From: Mobula birostris
Taxonomy: Eukaryota
Direction: 5' to 3'
Length of the DNA: 64,000 bases
NCBI RefSeq assembly: GCF_030028105.1
Contig: NC_092381.1
Location: 64,258,505-64,322,504, forward strand
The position numbers and the translations under genes were made by a program. Position 1 is the stretch's first letter, and every line of letters begins with the position of its first letter. The notes under the pieces were generated by a model. It did not search any database. It was given only the letters and a program-made list of their open reading frames with translations, and was not told the origin of the DNA. This document shows positions 62,321-64,000 of the stretch, one piece after another.

Positions 62321-62449
62321 AAGGCATTACTGAGGCACACAATGAATAAATACATTAACAGTCAAATGCTGGAGAAAGCATTCACTGTTAGTTTTAAACT
62401 GAGGAATATATCTGATCAACTTGCGGTTAGTTAGAACTTTGATAGTCAA

Positions 62450-63200
62450 CAGAAACATAAGAAATATGAGCAGGAGTAGGGCACTAGGTTCCTTCAGTCT
62501 GCTCCACCATTCAATAAGATCATGACTTAGCATCTATTTCCCCACTCTCTCCCCTTGTTCAGATGTCTGTCAATCTCCAGTTTAAATATTTTCCGTGACT
62601 TCTGCTGTGCAGCTTTCTGGGTTAGAGAATTCTAAAGAGTCAGAAGAAATTCATTCTCCTCTACTTCTTAAATGGCTGGCCCCATATTTTGAAACTGTGA
62701 TTCCTGATTTTAGTTGTACCCAGTTGAGAAAACATCTCAGCAGCCTTCCTGTCAATCCCCCACAGATTCTTGTACGGTATGTTTCCATACGATCACTTCC
62801 CATTCTTCTAAAGTCCAGTGAGTACAGGCCAGCTTGCTCAGTCTCTTTTTATACATCAAACATTTATCCTAGGAATCATTATACTGAAATCTCTCACTAC
62901 TTCCAATGTAGGAATATCCTTCCTTAAATATGGAGAACAAAACTGAACACAATTCTCCAAGTACATGTTTATCAATATCCTGTAAAGATGCATCAGAACT
63001 TTGCAACTTTTATAATTATACTCTATATCCTTTCAGTAAAAAGCGACATTACGTTAGTATTCTTAATGCTTGCTGTACCTGCATGCTAACCACTTATTTT
63101 ATACTATGGATTCCTCAACACCGTTTGTATTACGGCAGTTATATAATATTTCATTCTTCTTCCAAAGTGGATAATTTCACATTTTCACACATTACATTCC
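62450..63200 (-). mobile_element. CR1 fragment
   Basis: GAAACATAAGAAATATGAGCAGGAGTAGG tail on + and decayed ORF2. Confidence 0.75.
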
Positions 63201-63793
63201 ATCTGCTAGCTCCCTTACTTGCTGACTTATATAACCACCCTCTCATCTCCCAATGTCAGCAGTGTCTCTTTAAACATTAATAAAAAGCATCCAAGAAATA
63301 CAGTGTGTTCCTAATTGTTTTGGGAGTCATCCAAAAATATTCTTCCATAAAACTAAGCTAATGTGGATCCCTCATGGCTTTGGTGGTGCTAATCCAATAG
63401 ATTCCCTAGGCTCTCGAACACTCTTCTAATACACTTTCTTTTGTTAGATATTACATAAATGGTGTAATAGAACATAGAAAAATACAGCACAGCACGGGCC
63501 CTTTGACCCACAATGTTTTGCTGGTCCAGAATCAGAATCAAGTTTATTATCACCAGCATGTGTCGTGAAATTTGTTAACTTAGCTGCAGCAGTACAATGC
63601 AATACATGATAATATAGAAAGAAAAAAATAAATAAGTGAATCAATTATAGTAGGTATATATATATATATATATTAAGTAAATTAATAATGGTGCAAAAAC
63701 AGAAGTAATATATATATTTTTAAAATTATGTAAATCTACTTCATGATCAATCTAACCCTTTACTCCTACATGCCACATAAACCTCCATATTTC

Positions 63794-64000
63794 ATGGTAG
63801 CACAGTGGTTAGTGCAACGCTATTACAGCTCAGGGCATTTGGAGTGCGGAGTTCAATTCTGGCACCATCTGTAAGGAGTCTGTACATCCTCCCCTTGGAA
63901 CTGCAAGGGTTTTCCTTGGAGATTCCAGTTTCCTCCCAGAGTCCAAAGATGTACCAGGATAATTAGTCATTGTAAATTGTCCCGTGATTAGGCTAGGGTT
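63794..64000 (+). mobile_element. V-SINE (HE1-like), cut by the window edge
   Basis: ATGGTAGCACAGTGGTTAGTGCAACGCTATTACAG head, B-box GTTCAATTC, V-domain. Confidence 0.8.

Overview
Eukaryotic, AT-rich, repeat-dense vertebrate DNA. The repeat content (HE1-like V-SINEs, CR1, Rex1/Babar, RTE, Penelope, Tc1, Tigger, hAT and Gypsy relics) points to a cartilaginous fish such as a ray or shark; this is an inference. The only host gene visible is the 5' part of an unidentified minus-strand spliced gene. It has a CpG-island promoter and exon 1 at ~49.7-50.0 kb and small exons at 37878-38014, 28370-28416 and 10090-10139, and it presumably continues past the left edge. Nearly all long ORFs in the track are transposon remnants. 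The most interesting signal is a set of short non-autonomous retroelements carrying self-cleaving-ribozyme-like RNA. (1) An abundant Penelope-type family carries minimal type I hammerhead motifs, with intact cores at 7662-7699 (+) and 44739-44774 (-), and often occurs as 130-220 bp palindromes with 13-15 bp TSDs. (2) An RTE-type SINE (50801-51061, -) begins at the cleavage site of a decayed twister ribozyme. (3) A second RTE-type short element (40447-40866, -) has a strongly structured 5' leader of unknown function. A Gmr1-type (integrase-before-RT) Gypsy relic and a 216-nt assembly gap inside an LTR are also present. Boundaries of old repeats are approximate, and all family assignments are by eye without database searches.
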